Origin: an uncultured Granulicella sp.
GTDB lineage: Bacteria > Acidobacteriota > Terriglobia > Terriglobales > Acidobacteriaceae
Assembly (NCBI GenBank): GCA_963693065.1
Contig: OY843766.1
Span: 1,098,212-1,162,211, forward strand
Direction: 5' to 3'
DNA length: 64,000 bases
The translations under genes were made by a program, and so were the position numbers. The notes under the pieces are model-generated. The model was not told the DNA's origin, ran no database searches, and saw nothing but the letters and a program-made list of their open reading frames with translations. This document shows positions 29,034 through 38,384 of the stretch, piece by piece (position 1 is the first letter of the stretch; each line of letters begins with the position of its first letter).

Positions 29034-29432
29034 GTGCTACCCGCGCACCCCACCTCCCCCCTCGTCGCCTGGTCCGCCATCGCTTTCGTAGCCGCCCTCG
29101 CCATCGCCGGCGAGGTCCTCATCGCCTCAGCCATGCGTAAAATCGGCGATCTCGATCTCGTCCGCGCCCGCCACGGCCTCCTCGGCGCCACCCGCACCGT
29201 CCTGGCCAGCCCCACCTTCCTCGCCGGAGCCCTCTGCATGGCGCTCAACTTCTTCGCCATGCTCTACACCCTGTCCCGCGTCGACCTCTCCCTCGCCGCC
29301 CCCGGCATCGCCTCATTCAATTACGTCGGCAACGCCGTCGCAGCCCGCCTCTTCCTCCGCGAAGACGTAGACCGCCGCCGCTGGCTAGCCGTCCTCTTCG
29401 TAGCCGTAGGCGTCTTCCTCTTGGCCCGCTAG
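29034..29432 (+). CDS. half-size DMT/EamA-like membrane protein (about 4 TM), partner of the preceding gene
   Basis: 132 aa. The GTG start lies immediately after the upstream TAA. It is hydrophobic and ends ...RRRWLAVLFVAVGVFLLAR, typical of an EamA domain end. Confidence 0.55.
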   Translation: MLPAHPTSPLVAWSAIAFVAALAIAGEVLIASAMRKIGDLDLVRARHGLLGATRTVLASPTFLAGALCMALNFFAMLYTLSRVDLSLAAPGIASFNYVGNAVAARLFLREDVDRRRWLAVLFVAVGVFLLAR

Positions 29433-29449
29433 AATCTCCAACCCATTCC

Positions 29450-29510
29450 GCCGTCATTCTGGCGAAGCCAGAATCTCAGTATTTGCTTTTGCCGTTGCGC
29501 TTGTTTACCC
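29450..29510 (+). repeat. repeat family R2 (copy 2)
   Basis: GCCGTCATTCTGGCGAAGCCAGAATCTCAGTATTTGCTTTTGCCGTTGCG. It contains the hairpin ATTCTGGC-GAA-GCCAGAAT and is nearly identical to the copy at 30883. Confidence 0.85.
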
Positions 29511-30851
29511 CTACACAAACCCCAAATTACTCGAAGCAAAGCTCCCAATATTCGGAAACACCGCCGAGAGCTGCGAAGCACTCACCCCGAACCACTGCGC
29601 CAGCGTCCCCGCATACTGCACGCTAGCCGTAGTAGGCACCCACCGCCCATTACTCCCCGAGTCATCCGGCCCATTCAGCGTCAAGTTCGGAAACGTCCCA
29701 TACATCTTCCCACCCTTCACCGCCCCACCCACCACAATATGGTGCGACCCCCAAGCATGGTCGCTCCCCGTATTCGTATTCGGCTGAAACGTCCGGCTGA
29801 AGTCCGACATCGTAAACGTAGTCACACTGTTAGCCACATTCAACTCCTGCGTAGCCTGGTAAAACGCCGCAATCGCCGGCGAAATCCCCGCCAGCAGCGC
29901 TCCCTGCAGCGCCACCTGGTCAGAGTGCGTATCGAAATTCCCAATCCCCGCAAAGAAAATCTGTCGCGATACCCCCAGCGCCGCCCGCACCTGAATAATC
30001 TGCGCAATCTGCTTCAACTGCGCGCCCAGCCCGTTAGCCGGAAACACCGTCTGCAACGGGCTCACACTCTGCACCGCATCGCTCAACGTCTTCGCATACG
30101 CATAGGCATTGGTCGTGATCTGGTTATCCGCCGTCACCAGGCTCAACCCCGAGCTGAAGCTGAGCAGAGCCTGCGCCGTAGCTTGCTGCGCCGCGCATTC
30201 CGTCGTCCCTTCGCTGCAGCTTGCACCGCCCACATTCCCCGGCGTCACGCTCACCGGCGTACTCGCCGCGCCATTGCAAAACAGCGTATCGCCCGCCACC
30301 GACGTGATCATCGGGATCTTTCCATTCGGGTTCGCGCTCGCCGTCAGCGTATCCGCAATCCGCCCCGCCCAACCCGTCGGCACCGTCCCACTCTGCGCCG
30401 CGTTCTGCCACTCCAGTTGCTGGTCCGTATGCGAAAACAAATTCGTCGGCACCGTCGTCCCCGCAAGGTATTGAGCCCGCGTCGTCGGCTCGATCAGCGT
30501 CCCCACGTTCGTCACCAGCGCCGCATGGTTGCTGTTGAACAGCGTCTGAATATCCGGCAGATTCCCATTCAGCGCAAAGTTTGAAGAGCTCCCCCCAAGC
30601 TGCAGCAACTGGCTCTGCGGTATCGCCAGTGGCCCCCGCACCGCCGAGTAATTCGCATACCCTGAAGCGTCGAACTGCACCAGCATATTGTTCGCGTCGT
30701 TCCCGCCATAAAGAAACACGCAAACCAGCGCCTTGTAATCCGTCGTCGTCTGCGCCAGCGAGTTCAACAATCCAAACGGCCGCAACCCCGCCGCATTCCC
30801 CGCCGCCGCCAACGATGCATACTTGATAAAACTCCGCCGATTCGTCGCCAT
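29511..30851 (-). CDS. DUF1501 domain protein (sulfatase-like, Tat-exported)
   Basis: Twin-arginine signal MATNRRSFIKYASLAAAGNAAG, and the C-terminal GSDHAWGSHHIVVGGAVKGG motif typical of DUF1501. The start is trimmed to the ATG at 30851. Confidence 0.75.
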   Translation of the reverse strand: MATNRRSFIKYASLAAAGNAAGLRPFGLLNSLAQTTTDYKALVCVFLYGGNDANNMLVQFDASGYANYSAVRGPLAIPQSQLLQLGGSSSNFALNGNLPDIQTLFNSNHAALVTNVGTLIEPTTRAQYLAGTTVPTNLFSHTDQQLEWQNAAQSGTVPTGWAGRIADTLTASANPNGKIPMITSVAGDTLFCNGAASTPVSVTPGNVGGASCSEGTTECAAQQATAQALLSFSSGLSLVTADNQITTNAYAYAKTLSDAVQSVSPLQTVFPANGLGAQLKQIAQIIQVRAALGVSRQIFFAGIGNFDTHSDQVALQGALLAGISPAIAAFYQATQELNVANSVTTFTMSDFSRTFQPNTNTGSDHAWGSHHIVVGGAVKGGKMYGTFPNLTLNGPDDSGSNGRWVPTTASVQYAGTLAQWFGVSASQLSAVFPNIGSFASSNLGFV

Positions 30852-30882
30852 ACTCGCCCCCTCAAATTCATTCCACTTCCAA

Positions 30883-30933
30883 GCCGTCATTCTGGCGAAG
30901 CCAGAATCTCAGTATTGGTCTTTGCCGTCGCGG
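30883..30933 (+). repeat. repeat family R2 (copy 3)
   Basis: GCCGTCATTCTGGCGAAGCCAGAATCTCAGTATTGGTCTTTGCCGTCGCG, lying between the DUF1800 stop and the DUF1501 start. Confidence 0.85.
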
Positions 30934-30942
30934 CCCATGCCA

Positions 30943-33090
30943 CTAATGCAAAATCTTGTATTGCGTAGAAGTAATCACCAGGTAAGTCGCCACTCTCACC
31001 CGCTGTGCCATATCCGTCAAAGTACTAATGTGATTCACAATAGCAGTCCGCATATTCGTAGGCATCTGCCCATGCATAAACATAGTACCCAGCGCATCCA
31101 CTAAGTTCCCCGGGTTGGAAGCCATCATCCCCAAAGCACTTGTAGCCGCAAGGTTAGTCGTACTAAATCCGGAAATCGAGTTATACACCAGCGAGTTAGC
31201 CAGAGTAAGTCGCAACGTAGCACTCGCCGTATTCTCGATCCCAAACTCCGGCGCATTCACCCCAGTTCCCGGAATTACATACTCCGGCGGAAAGAAATTA
31301 AACACACTAGCCGATTCATAAGGCCGCTGCCCCAGCGCACCCGAGTAGTTACCCAACGTCGAATAGTTCCCCTGCGGATCCGTATTCACATAACCCAGCG
31401 CCCGCGTAACATTCGTCATATAAAGGATCGGCTCCCGCAGATGCCCACCATCCTGAGTAGCATCCGTATCTCCTGCACGCGCCTCCGTATCCAGCAAGAT
31501 AGCCCGCACCACAGCCTTCATATCGCCACGAACACCTGACCCGTTATTCGCAAACACCGCAGCCACCCGTCCCACATAAGCAGGACTCGGATTACTAGCC
31601 ACCAGGTGCTGAATCAACTGCCTGCAAACAAACGGACCCACGTTTGCATGCGCAAAAATATTAGCCAGCGCACCCTGCAGGTCAGACTGCGCCGTCTGCC
31701 CCGCCGCCAGCGTAGTCCCATTCAGCAGCGTCTTCGCCGTCGTATCATGGTAAGCCTGCACAGCCTGCATCGGATAATCAAACGCCGCGGAATTAGTCGG
31801 GAACTTGGTCGGTGCCACACCCCCCGCACCGGACATCGTCCAACCCGTATAAGCCCGCGCAAACGCCTGCACCTGCGCTTCCGTGTAAGTCGGTATCGGG
31901 TTACCCGAACCATCCAGCTGCAACGTCCCATCCTGATTTAATTCGTTCAAACCTATCGTAAAGAGCTGCATCAATTCCCGCGGATAATTCTCATTCGCTA
32001 TCTGCCCATCCGCAGGCTTGCCGCTGTTCATCATATTCAAGTAACTCCCCATCGCCGTAGAGAGAGTTACATCTTTCATAATGGTCAGAAAATTCCCAAA
32101 CGCATCCGTAGCTAACAAGTTGTTATAAGGAATAATTTCGTAGGGAGTATCCGAGTTACTCGAAACGACAAACATCTCACTCAAAGCCATCGCCACCCGC
32201 TGCCGCAGCTGGTCGTTGCCCGTTATAGCAACCCGCCACCACTCACTCTCTTCACAAGGCTTCGGTGCATTCGCACAGTAAGCCGGAGGAGGGCTTGCAA
32301 TATCCGGTATCAACGTCGCCGCCGTCCCAAACTGTTCCGTCAGGTAGCCATCCAAGCCCACGCTTTGCACATGCTGAATGTCTGTAAGCGTAGGCCCAAA
32401 CGTAGCCTGGTCCAGCAGTCGTGCGGCAGCCGTCACCGTCACCTTCGCCACCGTGATCACCACGTTCGAGGTCACCGAAGTCGATGGCCCCGGCGCCGGG
32501 TTCATCACATCCACCGCAACGCTCGCCGTACCAGCAGTAACCGGCACCGTAGCCTGCAGCTCGCTGGCAGATACATAGGTAGTCGTCACCGAGCTCCCAC
32601 CCACCTGGATCGCCGCCCCCTGCACAAAGCTCGAACCCAGCACGTCCAACACGTAATTCGTAGACGGCCCCGTCTGTGTTGCCGCCGCGCTCGTCAGCAC
32701 CGGCACCGGGTTCCAGATTGCCTCGGTCAAACTGCCTGACACACTTGAAGAAACCTGGCTCACCGCCGTAACACTCACCGTCCCCCCACTCGGAATCGCC
32801 ACCGGCGCCGTAAACAATCCACCCGTACTGATCGTTCCCGTAGCCGCCCCGCCCCCCGTCACCCCGTTTACCTGCCACGTCACTGCGGTATTCGTCGTAT
32901 TTGCCACCGTAGCCGCAAACTGCGTCGTTGAACCCAGACGCGTAGAAACTGATCCCCCCACCGTCACCGTCACTGCCGCAGGAGTGGTCGGCGCCGAACT
33001 CCCCGTCTTGAACCCACCACTGGAGCACCCAGCCCCCAGCAAACATCCACCCAGCAACACCGCTACGCCCGCCTGCCTCAGCATTCCCAT
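30943..33090 (-). CDS. DUF1800-like protein with N-terminal Ig-like repeats; lipoprotein signal
   Basis: About 715 aa from the ATG at 33090 (MGMLRQAGVAVLLGGCLLGAGCSS lipobox). The N-terminus has Ig-like Thr/Val-rich repeats. The family call rests mainly on size and the conserved pairing with a downstream DUF1501 gene. Confidence 0.55.
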   Translation of the reverse strand: MGMLRQAGVAVLLGGCLLGAGCSSGGFKTGSSAPTTPAAVTVTVGGSVSTRLGSTTQFAATVANTTNTAVTWQVNGVTGGGAATGTISTGGLFTAPVAIPSGGTVSVTAVSQVSSSVSGSLTEAIWNPVPVLTSAAATQTGPSTNYVLDVLGSSFVQGAAIQVGGSSVTTTYVSASELQATVPVTAGTASVAVDVMNPAPGPSTSVTSNVVITVAKVTVTAAARLLDQATFGPTLTDIQHVQSVGLDGYLTEQFGTAATLIPDIASPPPAYCANAPKPCEESEWWRVAITGNDQLRQRVAMALSEMFVVSSNSDTPYEIIPYNNLLATDAFGNFLTIMKDVTLSTAMGSYLNMMNSGKPADGQIANENYPRELMQLFTIGLNELNQDGTLQLDGSGNPIPTYTEAQVQAFARAYTGWTMSGAGGVAPTKFPTNSAAFDYPMQAVQAYHDTTAKTLLNGTTLAAGQTAQSDLQGALANIFAHANVGPFVCRQLIQHLVASNPSPAYVGRVAAVFANNGSGVRGDMKAVVRAILLDTEARAGDTDATQDGGHLREPILYMTNVTRALGYVNTDPQGNYSTLGNYSGALGQRPYESASVFNFFPPEYVIPGTGVNAPEFGIENTASATLRLTLANSLVYNSISGFSTTNLAATSALGMMASNPGNLVDALGTMFMHGQMPTNMRTAIVNHISTLTDMAQRVRVATYLVITSTQYKILH

Positions 33091-33237
33091 CAGAACCCTC
33101 CGCCGCCATACCGCACTACGGTATATCGGCAACCTCTGCACTCTATCCAATCGTGCTAACGGAAGGACACAAAATAAGTCGCGTACCATGCAACTCTTTT
33201 CCAGCAATTACGTCCAAGCCCAACTTACCGCCGCGCC

Positions 33238-34638
33238 CTACTCCCGAGCCAGCAACCCCATCACCCCCGTAGCCTCCAGCTCCCCAGCCATAAATCTGTC
33301 TCTCTCCCCCACCACCTCACCCGCCGCCAGCCGTCCACTCCGCGCCGCCCCTTCCATCGTCGAAGGCCAATCCGTACGCGTCCAATCCCCCGCCAGGTAT
33401 AGTCCCTTGATCCCCGTAGCCTGCCCCGGCCGATACGCATCCAACCCCGGCGTCACCGAAAACGTAGCCCTCGCCTCCTTCAAAACCGCACTCTTCAGCA
33501 CCCTGGCTTCGCGGCAAGCCGGAAAAAACCGTTCCATCTCCGCCAAAGCCCCCGCCAGCACTTCCCCCCGCGGCTTCACCAGGTCCTCCCGTGACCCTGC
33601 AATAATCACCTCCACATAGCTCCCCACCCCGCCATCCCCCCGTATCACCGACTTGTGAAAGAACCATTGAATCGTCGTATCCAGCAGCCACGCATGCGGC
33701 AAATCCGTAATCACCCGGTCATACCATAGCAAAATCGATATAAACGGCGCATGCACAAACCGCCCGATCTTCCCCATCAGGTCCTGCCGGACCGCCTCTT
33801 CCCGCACCGTCATCCCACCCAGCAGCTTGCTCGCCTGCTCAAACGGCACCGCCAGCACCACCTCCTCCGCCACCTGCTCCCCCCCACCCGTCCTGACCCC
33901 CCAGCCACCCTCCCGCTGTTCCAGCCCCGCCACCCCACACCCCAGCTCCACCCGCCCACCCTTCTGCTCGATCGCCCCCGCCACCGCCCCATAGAACTCA
34001 CTCAACGGAACCGTAGGAATTCCCAGCCTCCCCCCCGTCCGAGTCTTCAAAAACAGCTCATAGAAAACCTTCCCCGCATATTTCATGGAGCAGTTCGCCG
34101 CCGAATCATTCAACGTAGCCAGCACCAGCGGCTCCCAGAAATGCCTCACCGCACCCGCCGTCTGCCCACTGCGCCCGTACCACTGCGCCACCGACTCCTC
34201 ATCCCGACCCACATTTCCCAGCATAAACTCCGCCAGCCCCCGCGCGATCCCAACCTTATCCGCCACCGAAAGCATCTTCGCCCGCGCAAAGCTCCCCGCA
34301 TACTGCATCGGCGCCGGCAGCGGCCCCATCGCAAACTCACTCGCCCTCACCGGCCGTTCCTCGGTAGCCGCCTCCAGAAACGTCTGCCCGTCATACCAGG
34401 CAATCTTCCCTCCCAGCCCCGCCTCATCACACATCTCGATCAAATTCGTACAGCACCCCAGCAACACATGCTGCGAGTCCACCACCTCCCCCAGCGCCGG
34501 ATGCTCATACGAGTAAGCCCGCCCCCCCACAAATCCTCGCCGCTCCAGCAGCGTCACATCCTTCCCGGCTCCCGCCAATGCACTAGCCGCCGCCAACCCC
34601 GCCACTCCCGCCCCCACCACGATCACGCTCACAGCCAC
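33238..34638 (-). CDS. hpnE: hydroxysqualene dehydroxylase (FAD-dependent amine-oxidase fold)
   Basis: 466 aa with an N-terminal Rossmann motif (VIVVGAGVAGLAAA). It is the third gene of an overlapping hpnC-hpnD-hpnE set. Confidence 0.8.
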   Translation of the reverse strand: MAVSVIVVGAGVAGLAAASALAGAGKDVTLLERRGFVGGRAYSYEHPALGEVVDSQHVLLGCCTNLIEMCDEAGLGGKIAWYDGQTFLEAATEERPVRASEFAMGPLPAPMQYAGSFARAKMLSVADKVGIARGLAEFMLGNVGRDEESVAQWYGRSGQTAGAVRHFWEPLVLATLNDSAANCSMKYAGKVFYELFLKTRTGGRLGIPTVPLSEFYGAVAGAIEQKGGRVELGCGVAGLEQREGGWGVRTGGGEQVAEEVVLAVPFEQASKLLGGMTVREEAVRQDLMGKIGRFVHAPFISILLWYDRVITDLPHAWLLDTTIQWFFHKSVIRGDGGVGSYVEVIIAGSREDLVKPRGEVLAGALAEMERFFPACREARVLKSAVLKEARATFSVTPGLDAYRPGQATGIKGLYLAGDWTRTDWPSTMEGAARSGRLAAGEVVGERDRFMAGELEATGVMGLLARE

Positions 34639-35495
34639 CTCTCCTTCACCGCCATCCCCGCACCCCGCAGCAACACACCCACCTTCTCCCCCGTAGGCAC
34701 ACTCGCCCTGGTTCCGAACACATCCCCATCCAAACCCTCCACCCGCCCCAGCAGCCGCTCATAAATCTCCACCATCACCCACAGCGCCGCCCGGCTATCC
34801 TTATCGATCAGCGGCAACAACTCCCCAGCCGCCTTATAGTACCCCCTCGCCACCCCAGCCAGCTCCTTCACCACCCCCCGCACCCCCGCCGGCGTCGACG
34901 TCCCCCCCGCCAACCCCAGCACCTCCCCCACACCAACTCCATGCGCCGCCAGCAAATCCGCCGGAAGATACACCCGTCCCCTCTCCGCATCTTCCTTCAC
35001 ATCGCGCAGAATATTCGTCAACTGAAACGCAATCCCCGTCTTCTCCGCCAGCAGCTCCGCCGCCTTATCGCGATACCCAAACACCCGTATCGAAGTCAGC
35101 CCCACCACACTAGCCACCAGATAACAGTACCGATAAAGCTCCCCAAAATCCGCAAACTCCGTCACCCCATCCAGGTCCATCGAGGTCCCCTGCACCAGTT
35201 CCCCCAGCAGCTCGTCAGAAATCCCAAACCGATCCTGAGTATCCCGAACCGCCACAAAAACCGCATCTTCCCGACCACCGCGCCACTCCCCCAGCCAAGC
35301 CGCCATCGCCTCCCGCCGCGCCGCCACCGTCATCGATTCATCATCCGCCAGATCATCCGCCCGCCGCATAAACGCATACACCGCACACATCGCATCGCTC
35401 TTCGCCCGCGGCAGCACTCTGAACGACCAATAAAAATTTTTCGCCTCCTTCTTCGCCACCTCCCGGCAAAACCCATAAGCCTCCGCAACCGTCAT
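34629..35495 (-). CDS. hpnD: presqualene diphosphate synthase
   Basis: 288 aa of the squalene/phytoene synthase family, with NFYWSFRVLPRAKSDAMCAVYAFMRRADDLAD (Asp-rich motif). Confidence 0.85.
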   Translation of the reverse strand: MTVAEAYGFCREVAKKEAKNFYWSFRVLPRAKSDAMCAVYAFMRRADDLADDESMTVAARREAMAAWLGEWRGGREDAVFVAVRDTQDRFGISDELLGELVQGTSMDLDGVTEFADFGELYRYCYLVASVVGLTSIRVFGYRDKAAELLAEKTGIAFQLTNILRDVKEDAERGRVYLPADLLAAHGVGVGEVLGLAGGTSTPAGVRGVVKELAGVARGYYKAAGELLPLIDKDSRAALWVMVEIYERLLGRVEGLDGDVFGTRASVPTGEKVGVLLRGAGMAVKERWL

Positions 35496-36391
35496 CCCCG
35501 ATCCCCCTTCGGCGCCAGCCCACCCCAGAGCTTTCCTGCCAGCGCCCCCGTTAGCAGCTTCATCTTCGTCACCTTGCTCACACTCGGCCGCTTCGCCAGC
35601 ACGTCATAATCCTGCCGCACGATTCCATCCAGCGCCGCCCGCCCCCCCTGCTCGAACAGCCGCAGCGTCACCGCCAACTCCCGATCCACCAGCGCACTCA
35701 CCCTTGCGCCCTCCCTCAGCATTTTCAACGCATCGTCCACCAGCGACGCCATCATCCGCCGAAACTCCCGCGTAAACCGCCGCCCCGCGATATCCTCCTC
35801 CGTCACCCCATACTTCACCATCCGATCCGCCGGCAGATACCGCCGTCCCCGCTCCCAGTCCTCCACCACATCCTGCCAGAAGTTCGCCAGCTGCAGCCCC
35901 GTACAGACCAAATCGGAAAGCCGCGCCCGCTCCTCATCCCGATACCCCGAAACCCAAAGCACCATCCGCCCCACCGGGTTAGCCGAGTACCGCGAATACT
36001 CCAGCAAGCTCTCCATCGACTCATGCTTCGTCACCACCTGGTCCATCTCAAACGCCGTAATCAAATCCCCAAACAACCCCTGCGGCACCCCCGTAGCCTC
36101 AACCGTAGCCCGCAGCGCCACAAACACCGGATGAACCGACTCCTCCGGCCGCTCATAGCACTCCTCCAGCATCCCCCGCCACTCCCCCAGCAGCCGCGTA
36201 GCTGTAGCCGTATCCGCCACCTCATCGCCCAAATCATCCGCCACCCGGCTGAACGCGTAGATACTCTCAAAATAAGGCCTGATCCGCTTCGGCAAAAACC
36301 AAGTAGCCACATGAAAATTCTCATAGTGACTCGTAGCCAGCCGCCGGCACCACGCCTGCGCCTCCTCGAGCGACGGCCTCACCGCCGGCAT
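35492..36391 (-). CDS. hpnC: hydroxysqualene synthase (squalene synthase HpnC)
   Basis: Squalene/phytoene synthase family, with YENFHVATWFLPKRIRPYFESIYAFSRVADDLGDE. The start is trimmed to the ATG at 36391; the track's longer ORF overlaps the upstream gene. Confidence 0.85.
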   Translation of the reverse strand: MPAVRPSLEEAQAWCRRLATSHYENFHVATWFLPKRIRPYFESIYAFSRVADDLGDEVADTATATRLLGEWRGMLEECYERPEESVHPVFVALRATVEATGVPQGLFGDLITAFEMDQVVTKHESMESLLEYSRYSANPVGRMVLWVSGYRDEERARLSDLVCTGLQLANFWQDVVEDWERGRRYLPADRMVKYGVTEEDIAGRRFTREFRRMMASLVDDALKMLREGARVSALVDRELAVTLRLFEQGGRAALDGIVRQDYDVLAKRPSVSKVTKMKLLTGALAGKLWGGLAPKGDRG

Positions 36392-36426
36392 CGCATACTC
36401 CGCCGGAGCCCCCTCCAACACCGTAG

Positions 36427-37458
36427 TCACCAAGCCCGCACCACCGTCTTCACCCCGCCCGACCGCGTCATCATCCCCGCAAAAACCCCCGGCACCTCCT
36501 CCAGCCCAGCCTCCCCCGTCAAAAACGCCCCACAATCAAACCGCCCTGAAGCGATCAACCCAAACGCCGTCCGGCAAGTCCCCGGCGTATGGTGAAAGCT
36601 GGCCTTCAACGTAATATCCCCATAGTGCAGCCGATTCGTATCAAGCCCCACCACCGTCCCACTCGGCGGCCCCGCAAAAAAATTCACCACCCCACCCTTC
36701 CTCACCATCCCCACCGCCTGCTCCCACGCCGCAGCCACCCCCACCGCCTCCACCACCACATCTGCCCCGCGTCCCCCATCCCGCACCTCCTCCACCACCC
36801 GGTCCGACGTCATCACCACCCTCTCCGCCCCCAGCCCCCGAGCCGCCACCGCCTGATCCTCCCGCTTCACCACCGCCGTCACCCGCACCCCGGCCAGCGC
36901 CGCCGCATGCACAAACATCAGCCCAATCGGCCCCGCCCCAATCACCACCAGACTCTCCCCCGCCCGCACGCCGGATTCCTCCATCCCCCGCACCACGCAC
37001 GCCAGCGGCTCCGTCAAAGCCGCATGCGCCATCGCCACTTCCCCCGGCACCCGCAGCATATTCTTCTCGACAATCCGCGCCGGCACCCGAATAAACTCCG
37101 CATAAGCCCCATTGTTGAACAGCAGATCCTCACACAAATTCTCCTGCCCCTTCCCACACCAGAAGCAAACCCCGCAAGGAGCCGAGTTCATCGGCAACAC
37201 CCGATCCCCCACCGCAAACCCCTCCACTCCCGCGCCAACCGCCTCGACAACCCCCGCCACCTCATGCCCAAACAGCATCGGCGGCGTCAGCATCGCCGCA
37301 TGATACCCCCGCTTATAAACCTTCAGATCCGTCCCGCAAGTCAGCGCCGCCTCCACCCGCACCACCACCTCTCCCGCGTCCGCCACTGGCATCGCCACCT
37401 GCTCCACCCGCAGGTCTTCCTTGCCATACAAAACCGCCGCCTTCATCGTCGCACTCAT
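36427..37458 (-). CDS. zinc-dependent medium-chain alcohol dehydrogenase family protein
   Basis: MKAAVLYGKEDLRVEQV..., the GTD zinc-ligand region CGTDLKVYKRGYH and the NAD motif VIGAGPIGL are present. The start is ATG 37458 or 37446. Confidence 0.8.
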   Translation of the reverse strand: MSATMKAAVLYGKEDLRVEQVAMPVADAGEVVVRVEAALTCGTDLKVYKRGYHAAMLTPPMLFGHEVAGVVEAVGAGVEGFAVGDRVLPMNSAPCGVCFWCGKGQENLCEDLLFNNGAYAEFIRVPARIVEKNMLRVPGEVAMAHAALTEPLACVVRGMEESGVRAGESLVVIGAGPIGLMFVHAAALAGVRVTAVVKREDQAVAARGLGAERVVMTSDRVVEEVRDGGRGADVVVEAVGVAAAWEQAVGMVRKGGVVNFFAGPPSGTVVGLDTNRLHYGDITLKASFHHTPGTCRTAFGLIASGRFDCGAFLTGEAGLEEVPGVFAGMMTRSGGVKTVVRAW

Positions 37459-37531
37459 CTCCTCTATCTTCTCACCAACCTCCGCAGCCGAAACCGTCCT
37501 GCTTGCATCTGATAAAGTGAGCCTACAACCA

Positions 37532-38302
37532 ATGCCCCTTGCCTCCCTCGCAAAGAACACCATCGCGTCTGTCCAGGATTACTCCATCCTCGCCGGCCGC
37601 TCCTTTGCCAACCTCTTTTCCCCCCCCATCTATTGGGCCGACATCTTCACCCAGATGGATTCCATCGGCATCGGCTCCCTGCCCATCGTCATCCTCTCCG
37701 GCTTCTTCACCGGCTGCGTCCTGGCCCTCCAAAGCGCCACCGCCCTGCAACAATTCGGCTCCGTCTCCCTCACCGGCTCGCTCGTAGCCCTCTCCATGGT
37801 CAAGGAACTCGGCCCCGTCCTCACCGGCCTCATGGTCTCCGGCCGCAACGCCTCCGGCATGGCCTCAGAGCTCGGCTCCATGAAGGTCACCGAGCAGATC
37901 GACGCCATGCGCGCCCTCGGCACCGACCCCATCCGCAAGCTCGTCACTCCCCGCGTCGTCGCCACCATCTTCATGCTCTTCTTCCTCACCATCATCTCGG
38001 ACGCCGTAGGCATCGCCGGCGGCGCCCTCATCTCCACCACCATCCTCGGCCTCGGCCTCAACTCCTACCTCCACACCTCCTACCAGTCTCTGGCCTATGG
38101 CGACGTCGTCCAGGGCATGGTCAAACCTCTTTTCTCCGGCTTCATCATCGCCACCGTAGGCTGCTACTTCGGCATGAAGACCACCGGAGGCACCCAGGGC
38201 GTCGGCAAAGCCACCACCCAGGCCGTCGTCTACTCTTCCGTCTTCCTCATCATCGTAGACTTCCTCGTAAGCCGCCTCATGATCGGCCTCTTCGGCCGCT
38301 AG
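37532..38302 (+). CDS. mlaE: MlaE-family ABC transporter permease
   Basis: 256 aa from the ATG at 37532. IFTQMDSIGIGSLPIVILSGFFTGCVLALQSA and VTEQIDAMRALG are typical MlaE motifs. Confidence 0.8.
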   Translation: MPLASLAKNTIASVQDYSILAGRSFANLFSPPIYWADIFTQMDSIGIGSLPIVILSGFFTGCVLALQSATALQQFGSVSLTGSLVALSMVKELGPVLTGLMVSGRNASGMASELGSMKVTEQIDAMRALGTDPIRKLVTPRVVATIFMLFFLTIISDAVGIAGGALISTTILGLGLNSYLHTSYQSLAYGDVVQGMVKPLFSGFIIATVGCYFGMKTTGGTQGVGKATTQAVVYSSVFLIIVDFLVSRLMIGLFGR

Positions 38303-38304
38303 CC

Positions 38305-38378
38305 ACTTTTCGGATTAGCGTGGGGCTTCAGCCCCATGAAGTAGCGTCACAGATACAGTGGGCTTTAGCCCCGGGCCT
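38305..38378 (+). repeat. solo R1-like fragment between mlaE and mlaF
   Basis: GATTAGCGTGGGGCTTCAGCCCCATGAAGTAGCGTCACAGATACAGTGGGCTTTAGCCCCGGG. It has two GGGCTT(T/C)AGCCC hairpins and the GTAGCGTC core of the R1 unit. Confidence 0.65.
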
Positions 38379-38384
38379 TCGCCA

